Source: Tubiluchus corallicola (lineage: Eukaryota; Animalia; Priapulida). From it: 64,000 nucleotides of DNA. Under the pieces are notes generated by a model. The model did no database searches and was not told the origin of the DNA. It was given only the letters and a program-made list of their open reading frames with translations. Position numbers and translations under genes: made by a program. The stretch covers positions 372,001 to 436,000 of the forward strand of contig JAQGDQ010002374.1 in the NCBI GenBank assembly GCA_030141605.1. The letters run 5' to 3'. Shown here piece by piece: positions 13,051 through 28,000 of the stretch. How positions within the stretch are numbered: the stretch's first letter is position 1; every line of letters starts with the position of its first letter.

Positions 13051-16000
13051 GATATAGAAATATGTAATAAACAAAAATAAAATACTTTTTGATAGTTTTG
13101 ATAATTCATAACTATGTACCATCATAAAACAACATAAATCGGTCATCAGAAAAAAAAACAGAATTACATATTGTCCACATTATTGGCAAAAGTAACTCAG
13201 CAAAGTGTTAAACAACACGAACCTGTGAAGCAGCAAAGTCCAGTTTGTCAATCCCAGCAATGTACCGGTTCTTCATGGATGTAATTTCATCCCGCTTATG
13301 TTGCAATAATGTTTTAAATGTAAGGATTAGTTCAAGATACGATGTGGGAGTAACGTAATTGTAGCGACGCAATATGTCAAAATATCTATTGTTTAAGAAT
13401 AACATGTCAGTAACTAGTTTTTTCTTTGCACCTATTGTTCCTATACAGTATACTTAATTGTACAGCAAGACTCTACATCCTGATAGTTAGGAAATACAGT
13501 CACTAGACTTTTGCTGAAATTTTTCTATACGTGTTTACATATTATACTGTGACTATTATATACAAGATGCATTTAACTTGTAAATAACTATGAACTTATT
13601 CTTTACTAGACATATTAAAGAAAAAAAATTATCCAAATTTAGTAGTATTTTGAAACGAAAAATCCTTTGCAATGCAAGTAACATAGTAGCCATTATTAAA
13701 ACAACAGCCTGCACAAATTGACTTGGATTATTCACAACATAGATGTTCTATTAAGAGGGCAAAACGAGTCAAACACGACGAACAAAACAATCTGCTACAT
13801 AAAGGAAGGCATGGTAAGTAGAATACGTACTTTTGACTTTGTTTTCTAACGCTGCTATGGAAAATTTTACACAGTTCAACACAGTGGTTGTGCAGTTCTT
13901 CAGGGAAGTTTAAATCAGTCAAGAATCTATGAGCCACCATCTCCAATGCATCTTCAGGCCAAGCCTGATCAAATAGACAATAAATGAATGGTATGGAAAT
14001 TTAATGAATTGTATTAAAGACAAAAACAAAGACAGAGAAACCCTACATGAAAGTGTGCATCACATTACGAGTTTAATTGCTAGTTGCAGCAAAAGTTTAC
14101 CTTAGCAGAATGCTAAACACAACATGGCCTAAAGAACGTGATTTAGTAACTAGATCACAATATTATTATTGCCGAATTCTATTAACCATGCTACTCAAAC
14201 TACAATAAAGGTGAACCAGTCATTTTGTTTTTGATTACTCATAAAAACTGTTGTTTGGTATTTGATTAGAAGCTCAGTTTGTCATTTTCACAGGTTGCAT
14301 TGCATTGTCTGCATTGTCTAATGTTCATGAGTGACTCAATCTGGTTTTCTTAGAAACAAATTTAAGAATATTATAAGATCATAATATGACAGATATTAGA
14401 AGCACTAAAACTAAAACTTTTCAAAATCAAGGAAACAGTTTTTTTTACTTTTCAGTGAACTATTTGCATAATATTAAACATCTGCATTCTAAGCTGAAGA
14501 AAAACTTAGCTTTAAAAATTTGCTTGCTAATTTTAACTACTGTTCGAATTTAGATAAAAAATATTTACACATACTTGAAACCAGTCAATAGTGCAACAGT
14601 TTATAAGTGATGGAAACATCCGTAGTCGATTACGGAGCGCGTCACCAATCGGACTCACGGTGAACACAATGTGCAAATTTTTTCGCACACGCTCGATGAA
14701 AAAGTTAAACATCGCTAATGGTGTAGCTTCGATTGTCCTACCCTGATAAGTAAATGTTAAGAATTAGTTATTTAGCATGCAGTCAAAACCCTTTATGGCC
14801 CGTACAATTTGCGGCGTTTTTTTCATGTATGGGGCTCCCAGCCCACATCAGTATGTAAACCATAAATGCAATTACATGTATAACTGAATAAAAAAACATA
14901 AAGTTAAAAAAAGTTTGTGCATCAAGGTGTCGACATCAGCTGAAGTAAGTTACAAATGTAATTATAAACACAAAAACTTACTGGTCGGTAATGAATTACC
15001 AAACAGAGTTTCCAAAAAATGTGTTTAATTTTAATAGAAAAACACCACCTAGCAGTTAAATTAAATGAATTTTGGTATTTATAAAATAGCAAAAAAAATG
15101 ACGGAGAAAAAATAGACTTTCCCCAGACCAACTACATGACTACATGACTTGGACACAAAGACCAATGGGTTCTTTTGAGTCAACTGGTCTTTGATAACGT
15201 TGGCTAAAGCTTCTAATCAAAAAGCTCTGGTCAAATTTCACTATTACAACTGTTGGAATGTAAGTTTTTTTGCTATCAAATTAATAAACAAACTATTTCC
15301 ATACGGTAATATTAGTTAGTAAATAAATCTTACCTGCTACAGATTAGCAATTAGCTAAATAAAAAATCCTGCTCTTATTAAAAGCAAAAACATCAAAAGC
15401 TGCAGCATCATAAACACACATGATTATCAAAAATAAACAGTGAGAAAACAACCAAAGATCGCGTAAAAAACACAGCGACGAAGCAACAGTCAAGAATTTA
15501 AAACACAGCTTAAAGCAAGCATTGCAACTGGTAATTAAACTCGTTTTGGAAAACTACATTGCACGCTGCATGCCAAGTTTCATACTTCATTTTTTGCAAT
15601 TGCTTGCATTTTCTCAATGATTTCAGCTTTTTCATCTGGTGGGTAGAGATTTGGTACATCTCCTGTATTAAGTATCATGTTAATATCTTCCACGTATGAT
15701 TCGTTCTTAATCTGGTTGTCACTAAACAGAAAAACAATGGGCTTGCCTTCTGTTCCTGCCTTTCGAAGTACCTAAAAATTTTAGATAAGAAAACATTGTG
15801 GTAATATATGAATTCTAAAAATGAACTTAGAATTGAAAAAGGTGAGCCACTAAATATATCAAATTATTAGTGCCAGACTAATAAAACTATATTAATACTG
15901 ACTAAGTGACTGAAAAATATTATGAATAACTTACGTTATAGAATCTCAGTGAATAAAAAATACCAATGACAGATTGCAAAATGATAATTACAGTCACACG

Positions 16001-19000
16001 GTGTGGGTGGTACATTTTAATAATTTTTTGTTAATTAGTTTTTGCATTTTTGTCTATAGTAATTCGTTTTTTTGTGTTATAGACAGTTTTATGCTGAAAT
16101 AAAGGCAAATTGAAATGAATTATAAGCACAAATCTAACCGAACTTTCTTGCCATCCTTACCAGCTTTATATCTTCTCTCCAATCAGCAGTAGTGTAAGTT
16201 CTAGTGATTTGGATCTGAAACAACTGATAACCAGCCATGAATGTTGCTAGTTTTGTAGCACTGTGCCGCCCACTTCCGCCAACACCTAGGAAACAAAAAA
16301 TATTTGACAAACAGAAAAAAATAGGCACACATTATCTTTGGATACATGTATACATAAATAACAATACCGGGGCAAGTGGAAACTATATAAAAGGAATGCA
16401 GTGCATTGACACAAATATTTAAATGAGCACAGCTCTAAGCAGTGATGGCTGTAAAAAATAAGGAGAAAATAAAATAAAAGTTTATTTGCAACGAACTTAC
16501 ACTGAACAGTGAACTATGCTGAAAATTCTACACTGTAGACTAGCCCACACTGCCATATTAGATAAAATAAGATGAGATCAATTTGTTTTTCACGAAAGAA
16601 AATTGTTTTTGTTGCACAACATAAAGAGATCACAACACGGAAAATTATATAAATATGTACTGAACAAATTCATAAAATGTGAGTCAGTCCTCTAGAATCA
16701 GAAAAAATGAGTATTCTAAGAACACTGCCATGTATCATGTACCATACAGATGGGTAAATAAATTAGATACAAATAAGAAAGAAATCACTTTGTAAGAGCA
16801 GAATGAGATTGAAGGGAATGAGATTGGGACACTGTGAGATCGCAACCAGGATGGGAATGAGTTAACAGATTGAGGGGAACATTGTGAGATCCCAACCCGG
16901 ACGGAACTGAGCAAGTAGTTAACAGATTGAAGGAAACACTGTGAGGCCCCAACCAGGATGGGATTGAGCAAGTAGTTAACAGATTGAAGGGGACACTGTG
17001 AGATCCCAACCCAGACGGGATTCAGTAAGTAGTTAACAGATTGAAGGGAGCTCTATGTTCCAAGGAGGTCCAAGTCCTAATCTCTAATGGTTCTTCCTGT
17101 TTTTAGCCAATTTTATTACAGATGGATTTCAGTATTTCATTTCATGGACATCAATATAAGATTTAAGTGAAATTTACAAACAATTATACAGTCATTTCAA
17201 GCAAAAAAACATGAAAGGAATAGGATATAATAACATTTGTCCACTCTACAAAAATAGGACTGTCAAATGCATAAAAGAAGTATTAACAATTTCATTTAAA
17301 GTTTAAATTCAATTCGTACGTGTGAGTTAATTTGCACGTGTTCCATATACGTTTTGCTTATTTTAGCTGGAGTTAGACATTTGGATTCACGTTTAATAAT
17401 AGTGATCAGCATAGTGATCCAGGTCCTTATATATCATTATGAGTCCAATATTGTTATTTTTGCACCCATCATATAAAGTGCATATTATTCCACCCTACAT
17501 AGTACATATTTCTGTGTATCAGACAAAGATAAGAGTTGAGCTTACCTACTAGCAGTGCATGCCCATCATCCTGTTTTAGAATTCTACTAATGCGGCTGAT
17601 GTGCTCAATAGCAAATTTAAACATAACTAGTGGCATTTGTGTTTTACTGGAGGAATTATAATCATCTAGATACCTAGATACAATGAAATAACAGTCAGCA
17701 TAAATAAACAGAAAAAAATGAGTATTCTGTAGACAGCGTTCATATTGTTATAGAAAATGAATGCTACTGTGGCAGCTTAACATGAAATTTTAATGGAAAT
17801 AGTCAGATAAAGTGTTTGCATCTTAATCAGGAAATTAACATGTCCCTTATAAATTAATACTAATTAAATTAATTTCACATTATTAATTAATAATAAGTTT
17901 CAAATCAACTATTAGTTAAATTTTTGAAATAAAGATAAATCAAAAAAATTAATTTTAACATAATAGTTACTGAATAAGAATTTGTGCCAAGCCTCTTTTG
18001 GAAACACAGAAGCTCATCGTCACAATGACAGGTTCTCTGCTAGTTTTTAGCTCCGCTTGTATTCTATACTATTAGCTAAACCATTTCATCTACAGTAGCA
18101 GATATATAACTAATTTGTACTAGAGTACTTACTAGTTTTTTACACAAATTATAATTTTTTTTACATTACATTTAATATTAAATTAAAAACAAAAGCAGAA
18201 AGGACAAACAAATATTGTCCAATGATTATATTGTAAGCAAGTGAAGTTGATATATGCAAAAGCAAACAAGAATTACACATACTGTTCCATTAAGGAAATC
18301 AATGCATTGAGGTCAGTCACTTCGTCATACAATTTTGGTTCAGTTGGATCGTTACTTGGATGCAGATAGTCGCCAAACATCAGACTCCTCACATCATCAT
18401 CAGTGACACATTGGTTTTCCACAGCTAAGTGGCCAAGAAGTCGGTCAATGTTTGCACGGAAATACGTATCACAAGCTTTCTGAACAATGTCAAAAAACTG
18501 CAATCTGTATAAAACGATTAACTTAGTCAAGAAACACATTAATGCAGTAAAATTCATGAAACCATAATAATTGTTTGCAAAATGTTACCCAGTTGCATGT
18601 CCTAACTAAATGCCTAAAATTCCCTACGAATGGAATTCACAAAAAAAAAACGAAAGCTACACTGAAATATGTAAAAAATATGTGTGACTATAAGTAGTAT
18701 TATAAACTAGAAAAAAGTGCAAGCTATTTTTTTGCAAACTAGACTTTAAAGCTTTTACGAATTGGTATTTATGTGAAACACTACATTCCAAGCAAATTAC
18801 ATAAGGTTTAAAGATTTTCAAAAATATCTGGTTTTATTTCACAGTAAGGCAAGATTGAGATTTTACGTTAATTCAATACACATAGTACCATATTACATCT
18901 ATTTACAACACACATAAAATTATTTGTAAAACAGATTAAACTTATTAACTAAAAATCTAAAATGCATATTAAAAGTACCATGCCTAAAAATTTACACCTT

Positions 19001-22000
19001 AAAATCATCATATAATATCTTTTGACAGTTGTTAAAAATAGTGACTCAAATAACGCATCAGAGTTTATACAACCACTAATCATAATGTCATTTTCATCAG
19101 CAAGAAAGCAATTTCTTAAGCTGTAGCAGCTCTTCCTCATTAATATGTTAAAGTGTGGAACCTTATTAAGCGCACATATATAAGACGCTCTCGTACCTAA
19201 TTAATTCTACTAGGAGCAACATTATATGCCGATTTGAGCATCGCAATATTATATCTATAGGATATACGATAGGAAATACTATAGGATATTCATATGCTGC
19301 TACGAAAAATTCCTATGAAATACGATTTGAACAAAATACTTGTTATTTCTTTTGTGCTATAATGCATAATTTATTACTTCATGAATTAGCATTTGCTTAA
19401 AATAATCTGACTGGTCACCACTATAATAATCAGATAATATGTGCCACAGATATTTTTCACTTTTAATGACATTAATTGGTTAAGAAAAACTTTTCCAGCT
19501 ACAATATTTCGAATCTTTTTGGGGATAAAGTATAGACATTTGGTTTTTGACACATTAAACAAAGTGCTGTGAGAGTTCCACAATAATGTACTATATTAAT
19601 AATGATATTATTGGATACAAGAAACTTCAAATTTGTCAGCACATTCTGTTACATTAGTGGGCAGGTAATACTAGGTGATAACCCGAGTGAAAATAAGTGA
19701 CAAAAGTAAATGGTGTTTTTCATTAGTTAATCATTAATACAAGAGTGGGAACAGCTAAATTACTAACAATATCTAGTGCTTTATGGTTTTATAAATTTAG
19801 CACCTATCATCAAACAAAGCCGACATGCTGTTGTAAAGAACAATCTTGACTAAACATTAGTGTAATATATGCACCAGTAAATGTTTGCATCTTGCTTTAT
19901 TCTCAAAATTCGTGAACACTTCCAGGATGGACTTACTGTTTACTATACTTTTATTAAATTTTACGGTTTACAGTATTCATAAAAAAGGCCATCTTAATGC
20001 ATGGGCAGTTGCTCGGGGGCCCCATGCTAATCTATGTATATCAATACGTGACTTGCTGTCAATGTTTAAATTTTTGTTTTTCAAGGCTCATGTTATATTG
20101 TTCAAATGTTTGTGTTGATTAATCTTTCCTGTACAGCATGTTTTTTAATGTTTAAACACAGATTTTGTTGGAAGTACCAAAATAAATTTTTAATTTTATC
20201 AACCAGTAAAATTTTTACACCTGTGAGTGTATTTTATTGTGTTGTATCTTTTTTTATTATTATTGTGTTAATTTGTTATGGCTAACATAAATAAATATCA
20301 AATAAATAAAAAAATATTAGTAGGTAGGGCCTCATTGCACTGCTTTGCTTGGGGGCCTATAATGTTGTTGAGACGGCTCTGTTTATAAATTAAATTATGT
20401 AAATCAACTTTTATAAACATTGTTCATGCTTTAACTAAGAGGCAAAACTAAGACAAACTCATTCCTTTAAAATAAGTCCACTAAAACAACTAAAAATAGT
20501 TAAAAACTAACAAATTTACTACTTCACTTTCAAGTTACCTTCGTAGTGTTAGGTGATAACTGAGGTACACATCTCCAAGTAATGTTAGTAAGAAGTGAGC
20601 CTTATTTAAACAATGAAATTAGACTTCTACCTGTCTGCATCATCTATCAGTCGATCGTAGAAAACACGGTAAACTTCATGCACCCAAAGACGAACCAGCT
20701 TGTTACCCTCACTCATCCTTGAGCTGTCCACAAGCACAATTCCACGTATGATTCGTGAGAAGTCTCGGAGATTGAACACATAATGCGACTTTGATGGAGT
20801 TGGCAAAAAGTTAAGAGTTGCTTGTTTGTAGACGTACATAGTGGCTTGAATTAGCATCTGTCAAAATTAACACAAAACATGAGCACATAATACGATTTTT
20901 TTTGCTTCTTATACAATACGTACATGAGATAAAATCTGTTTGAAACAACTTGTCTCACCCTGCACGAACTTTTGCCTAACTGCGCACTTGATTAAAAGTT
21001 GTTTTACAAAGTTTGGTGCACAGATTTTTATTAAACAAGCTTTACTTTCTATTTCAGACAGACAAACCCATCTCGCTCTCATGTGCAGGCTCGGTACAAC
21101 AATTTGCACTAGACAAAGCCGAATCAGACCAATAAATAGCAATGATTTTATAACTAGTAAATGTTTACTGTAGTTAAGCTATTCATTATGTGGTTGCGCA
21201 GATTTTAATGAGATGGTTTGTGTCAGATAGATTTTTCCGACATGCAACTAGTATAAGCTAGAAGTTACTTTCGAAATAATGATGTCAATAAATGTGAAAT
21301 GAATCAAATTTCGTAATCGCAAAAAAACTTCGAAAGTTGTTCCACCTATGTAAACAAGATGTGCAAAATATGATAATTAATTTACATATTATATTAAATG
21401 CAAAGTATTCGTGTTTATATTCAGTATTTAAAGAAAAAGGTAAATGTCGCCTAATAAATACAGAAGCAAGCAAAAATTATTGTAAAAAAAACACTTTTCA
21501 GCATCTAATTGCCAGCAGGCTTTGCAAAGTTCATGTTGTTTTAAAATGGACAAAAACTCTGTACACTAGATTGTTTACATGCAATTGCTGTAAATGTGTT
21601 CAATTGTGCTAACACTCCCCTCTGTAACATTGGTTTACATAGTACATCTGTACTGTTATGAATAAAATAGCTTATTTTGGCTAAATTCGTGCAGTTCTGG
21701 TGTTTCCTGTTAGCGAGTTTACAAATGTAATACAACTGAATTTACAATAATGCAAGAAAAAGGTTACAAAAAGATGATTATATACCTTTCCAAGTCGGCG
21801 AAACAATGAATCAAACCCTCGTGCAAAGTGCCAGTCTATGATCATGCCAAATATACGAGACATTGTTTCATCATTAAATTCATCTATGGAAATGATATTC
21901 ATGTGTCGTATGAACCTGCTTGAGACCTCATTTCTACCCCCACCGGGAGGACCCATTGCATAGACAAATGCCTGTAAATTAAGTCAGTAAAAGCTTCACT

Positions 22001-25000
22001 AGCTCTACATGGTAAAAACAGCAAGTCACCAACAGTTTCCCATAGAATCGTTTAGGTTCTATTGTACAAGTCTTTTCACAGTTTTGCTGTGTGCATGAGC
22101 AGTTGCGGTCGGCCAAATGATAAGTGATGCCCCAGCAATACGTCTTAACTACAACCACGACGTGACATGTGGGTAAAGCAAATCTGTCTACCACATCAGT
22201 TCAGTAACTTCAGTTGCGACGTTATTTCCTTATTGTTTTACATGGATTTAATTAGCATTAGTCTGTGCGATGTAGAATGACTTGCTAGTAGGATCTTGCT
22301 TATGAACAAGAAAAATGAACTAGGTAAGGTTTTAGCTAGCTGTTAAAATTGATATTATTACAATAACATGGGCTTGCAAGGCGTTATCAAGTGTACACAA
22401 ATGCGTTGTCTGGTTCACTTAACCTTTGACCTTTTTATGATCATCATCGATCGCTGGAATTGTGAAAAGGCTTATTACATTGCTAAGAACATAATTGTTT
22501 TACTGATCCCAGTTTTGCGGAATGCATATAAAGTGGTTTATGGAATACTGTAATTTTTTCAGTACTTACAACATCTGCAAGTCGAAGCTCACTCGTATCT
22601 TTTCTATCAAACCAGTGACCATGGTCCATCATCTAAATGCACAAAACACATTAGTGAAAAATTAACATAAAAAATAGCAGCTGCTATTTTCACAAATGCG
22701 AATGTTATATCTCAAACTGTATCTAGATGCAGTTTTATATTAAATATTACAAAGAGAAGCTAATAACATATAGTAATTCTTAAAAACTAACAGTTGCAAT
22801 AAGGTTGTAGTTGATGTGAAAATTTAAAAAAGTTCAGATTGCTATTCATTATATGATTCCCATACTTTTAAAAGACATCTATAAAGGCAATGATGGTATT
22901 CATTGCAAGTTTACAAAAGGTTAAGCTACAAATTTACAATAGCAGTTTCCTTCAAAAATTTTGCAAATACCTGCAGTTACAGTTCCACAGACTTGAAAAG
23001 CTTTTTTACCTAACAGAACTAAGTTTGTGCAAATTAAATTTTCTTCTACTAACCTAGCTTAATTTGACAAAAAACTTTCCCTGTCCCAAGGGATTCACAT
23101 TGTTGCAAATGTACATCACATCAATAAACTATAAACAGTATCCTAACAATTATCCATACAAAATGGTAGTTGGGCAGCTAGTGCTAAAGCTTGGCCATCT
23201 TAACAGCATTATATGCCCTCGGGCAAAACAATGCACTACCTACACAACCATTCACAGGAATATAGATGTAAATGGTCGATAAAATTAAACGTATAATTTT
23301 ATTGTATTGGAACGTATAAACAAAATCAATGTTTAAACATTAAAAAACATGCGGTACAGCAAAGATAAGCAACACATAACAAATAACACGGAATACTTGT
23401 ACAATACAACAAGAGCCTTGAAAAACACGAAAATTCCAACACATAAATGATACTCAATTAGTAAACCACGCAGACGGAGATGGCAAAGTATGAGATTACT
23501 ACAAATTATTTATTATTAATCAAACGTTCAACACAATTCAGTTATAATTGGCTTGAAGTCAATGGTCTTCAGGATGTCATTATTCATGAGTGAAAGCCAG
23601 TTCAAATGCTGCTGCCTCACTGTGCTACAAAGCTGATTTTTTTAAAGTTTCAGTCTTGAAAATGAATACCATTCACGTGAACTCTCTAAGTGCAATTTCA
23701 GCATTGGGAAACACAGATTTCAAGTCATCCGACATTATTTTTCTGTACAATGTAGGGAGAGAGTGGTAGACACAATTTATATTTAGTATAGTGCACAGTA
23801 TTTATTTATTGACAGCAAGTCACAATACATATAGACTAGAATAGGGCTCCTGTACTTGTGAGGCCAAGGCAACTGCCTACTGTGCCCATGCATTGACAGC
23901 CATGTGCTAAAGTATTGTAGATGGCACATTGAGCTATACACATGTTTTGGATGTTACTTTAATGAACTAAAGTAAAGCTAATAATTAAATATAAGCTACC
24001 TGTCTAAGAAGCTCTATTGGAGGTTGGGCTCCATATTTTTCTTTAGCTGGCATATTAACGTCATCAACAAATACAATCATCTTTTTACCAACAGGGGGAG
24101 CAAACAAACCTTTACGGCGCCTGGTAAGAAAATAAAAAGATATATGACTTGTTAGCAAGAGTGTGACTTTCCTTAAATTAATGTATCAGAAAAAATCAAA
24201 TGTTGTTGGGCTGGTAACCAAATAAAGAAAATGAGTTTAAATGGCAGATTGAAATTTTAACTATGTGCAAAATGCAAAAATGACTTTCATTTACCTCTAC
24301 CAGATTGCTGCTGTATATGTCTTCAGCCTTCTGGAATTTTTCACAGCTGGTAATCTGACTGACTTCAATTATTAGTGTTCAGTCATAAGTTATAAGTAAT
24401 TTATTTCATCTAACACATTTACAATAATTTTGTGTACAAATATAGTGAAAGGGCCTACAATAAACATTTTTTTACTGTTTCTGTAATAAGAAAAGCATCA
24501 CACTATGTTTGCCTTATATAAATGAATTGTGGGCAATCAAAAATGTCGTAAACTATTCATGACCGTTTATTGTACATAATTTTAACATTATTCAGGAAAA
24601 ATTAATTTATTATATTGATTTAAGCAGATCTTTTTCCACTTGAGATTTGGCCAAATTAACTATTTAAGTGCCCATCCCAATTACAGCCAACACAAAATAA
24701 GTTGCTGAAAACTTTAGTGGTGTGATTAAAATCTGTACAGCATTTATGTAAGTGAAGATCTAGTGGGAAATCTGTGTGTTTGTACAAGATTCAAGATTTT
24801 GCAAAAGTACAAGCTTCACTAGGGTTGATATAGGTTTTGGATTGCAAAGAAGGCTGGATTATGATCTTATGGTGCCCCTAGGCCAAGAAAATTATGCAGC
24901 CCCCTCAGATGGAGCCACTCCTTACCCTGCTCATCTTGAATATTCGTTCTTGTGATAAATTTTAGCGACATCTAAATAGGTGGAGGCTCATATATCAAAT

Positions 25001-28000
25001 AAAGGACCTCGAGCTAGGACACTTTATCTCAAATAAATGGCCTCAACCAAGAGTCCTTTATCTCAAAGGTGCCACTTTTTTAAAATTGAGTTTTCAGACT
25101 TTTTGACGTTTTTTACAGTTGAAATTTTATTTAAGTCATATGACTTATTCAGCAATGCAAAATATGCCCCCCCCCCCACGCTCGAGGGGCCCTAGGCTGC
25201 AACCTATACTAACCTATAGAGTAATCCCGTCCTGATTGCAAGTTAACCTACACTGTAAGCTATTTCAGTTAGAAGTTGAATCTCAAGTGGGAGATATTTC
25301 AACATCAAAACAGTACTAGCTCCAAACAAAACTAAATAACTATTTGTTAATAAAAAATGGCTAGCGTAAAATATAAATAAACACAATACCTGTCCAGCTT
25401 GGACATTATAATGTCCTGAGTTTGCTCGGAAGATGTCCTCGCAGAAAAATTAATGCAGTTTGGCAAAAACCTAAAAAAATTATGTACCAGGTAACAGCAT
25501 TAAGATTCCACTGACCTAAGAATGGATGGATAAAAGAAATCTTGTAAAATGTTGCCCTTCATATACTAAACATTAAATGTAAACAATTCAAGCAGCACTG
25601 AATGCAAAATATGATTGGGTTTCAAAAAGTAGTTTAGACATTGCTGATAACAATATCATTAAAATTATCGCTTAACATTAAAAGTACCTTCAGCGTTGTT
25701 TTCAGAATACTTGTTAACTTAATAACTAGTTCTCAGCATGGTGACAATGTGGCTAAAGATATCACCTCTCGAACGTTTTTAAAAGATCAGACGTGTATGG
25801 CGTGATTCAACTTAAATTCTTAATTTAGCAGAGAGCAAAATCTTAAATTCAAATAACATCCTCTCTTACCAAATCTTACAAACTTTTTTGTGCATTACTT
25901 TATAATTTCGGACCGGATTTTGATTTTGTAAGCTTTTGGGCTACAGATACTGTGAGGCCCCAGCCCCTTGTGACAAATAACAAAAGCAAGACTGTTGAAA
26001 TGTTTAAACTAGTTCATTCAATTTCAATAACATAATGCCAACACTAGCCCCACATAAACGGATGCAAGATTAACACAACAAAAAAGAGAAGAAATATTCT
26101 AATATTTAAAAAAATTTAAATAAGTTTTTGAAATATTAAATAACATTACGTACAAATTACAATAAATATTAACAATAACCTATATGATAAAATATACTAC
26201 GAATAGTACTAAATAACTTTTCACTGTAAATTAATTTCACTTAATGTCTGGAGGCCCATGGGCTGCAGCCCATAAAGCCTATGCCTTAATCCGGCATGGA
26301 CTTTATTCAGTATGAACATAAAAATTGCTCTTGTCTGCGAAGTTAGTAAAAGCATTTGATGTAACTAAAATGCTACTTACTTTTCTTTCGGCAAAGTCAC
26401 AAGAAAATTGTTAACTGTAGCCGATTTACCAGTTCCTGTTGGACCCAGAAATAGCAAAGGCACATTGCTATTCAGTAGGTAGGTGTTAAGAAAAAACACC
26501 TGTCGTGATGTATCATCAGTAGGAATAATCAGTTCACTTACCTGTAAAAAAGCAGACTCTGATAACTCACACCTGCTATAATGATCAAAATGTGCTGGTG
26601 CAAACTTGACTTGGTGAGCCTTCTTTAGGCTGCCCTTCTTACTTTCCTGTCACTCACAGGGACTCATATGAAAAGGTCACACTAATCACGCATAATACAA
26701 AAACGTCCAAATAGACCACAGTCGACAACTCAGTTATTTTTTGCAACACTCAGTAAAAGGCCCGTGTCACACACAGGAATCACACTGAAGTTGACTTATG
26801 AATTATGCATTTACTTTGAGTGGTCTTTACATTGTATTATTTACACTTGATATGTATGTTGTATATGTATAGCATTACGCCAAACAATAATTCTTCTTTC
26901 TATCTGTCCATTTATTCATCCATAACTGTTCCGTAATTCCTAACTGTTCAGCATTTTAAAGTTTCATAAACAAATTGTTTTTTACACAGAGCAAAGCATC
27001 AGTCTTTTTGACTCACTTAAATTAAATTAAACAAAGTTAATCCAAATCACTTGTTTCAACGAACGAAAGGTTCATGGAACTGTCATTGTTTAAACCAAAC
27101 AATACATACTTTAGCATTGGCAGGTATGCTATTGGCTGTAAAATCCTGGATGTTTGTCCATGGTACCCAATTTCCGCTAGCAGTGTTAAACCTGTGATCA
27201 AAAACTGTGCCTTTTGATGGAAACATCAAGTTCTGAAAGTAATCGAAGATTCAGATGTATTACAGCACACCTCAGCAATCAATGCACCAGGACAGCTCAT
27301 TAGTAGTAGCTGTAATAAAAAAATTATAATGGCATTCAGGGAACAGACTTTTCAAAGCTGAAAGGGAAAACTTGTGATGTTTTAGCCATGCTCACACTTT
27401 AAAATGAGGCAAGAAATCCTACTACCCGACTTTGTCCAATTGTTTCACAGGCTTAGTGACTTCAGTGACTTTGTTTCCGTACTTAGGGCACGGGCACAAC
27501 GAATGCTGGTTTTCGGTGCTCATACTACCTGCACTGATAAATGCAAGCAAGCTACCAGAATGTTCTATGACAATACATACAACCACACATGACAGACACC
27601 CATGCTAGTCTATGAGAGCTTGCTTCCCGAGCTTATAATATTATAAGAATGTACGATTTTTTCGCACTTTAAGCATGCTGGTAAATAATATAATCGTACG
27701 GTTGGCAGCCATTTTCTTCCTTTTACACAAATACTGAAGAAACAATTGGTTTTTGAACAACTGATATATAGAAACATATCAAACAAATTCTGTCTGCAGG
27801 TACAAAAAGAAAAAATTTTATGCAGCTGGAAATTGCTAAGGGCTTCTCATCTATTTTTTCTCCACATGCTTTAGCTGAAAAAAATTAATACTAGTACTCC
27901 CTAATTTCACGTTTCTGGGATAACATCAAAGTATAGGCAGGCTAAAAAAGTAAGGCATTTGCTCGCCTGTGTCTATTTATCTGTGTAACAGGATACATGG

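Noticed and set aside
12717-13146. Five ORFs of 87-137 aa (poly-SL / poly-RE)
   Set aside because: Stop-free translations of the (GA)n microsatellite
16805-17048. Regularly spaced repeats resembling a CRISPR array (also 36210 and 37339)
   Set aside because: Units are head-to-tail with no unique spacers, there are no cas genes, and the context is a eukaryotic intron
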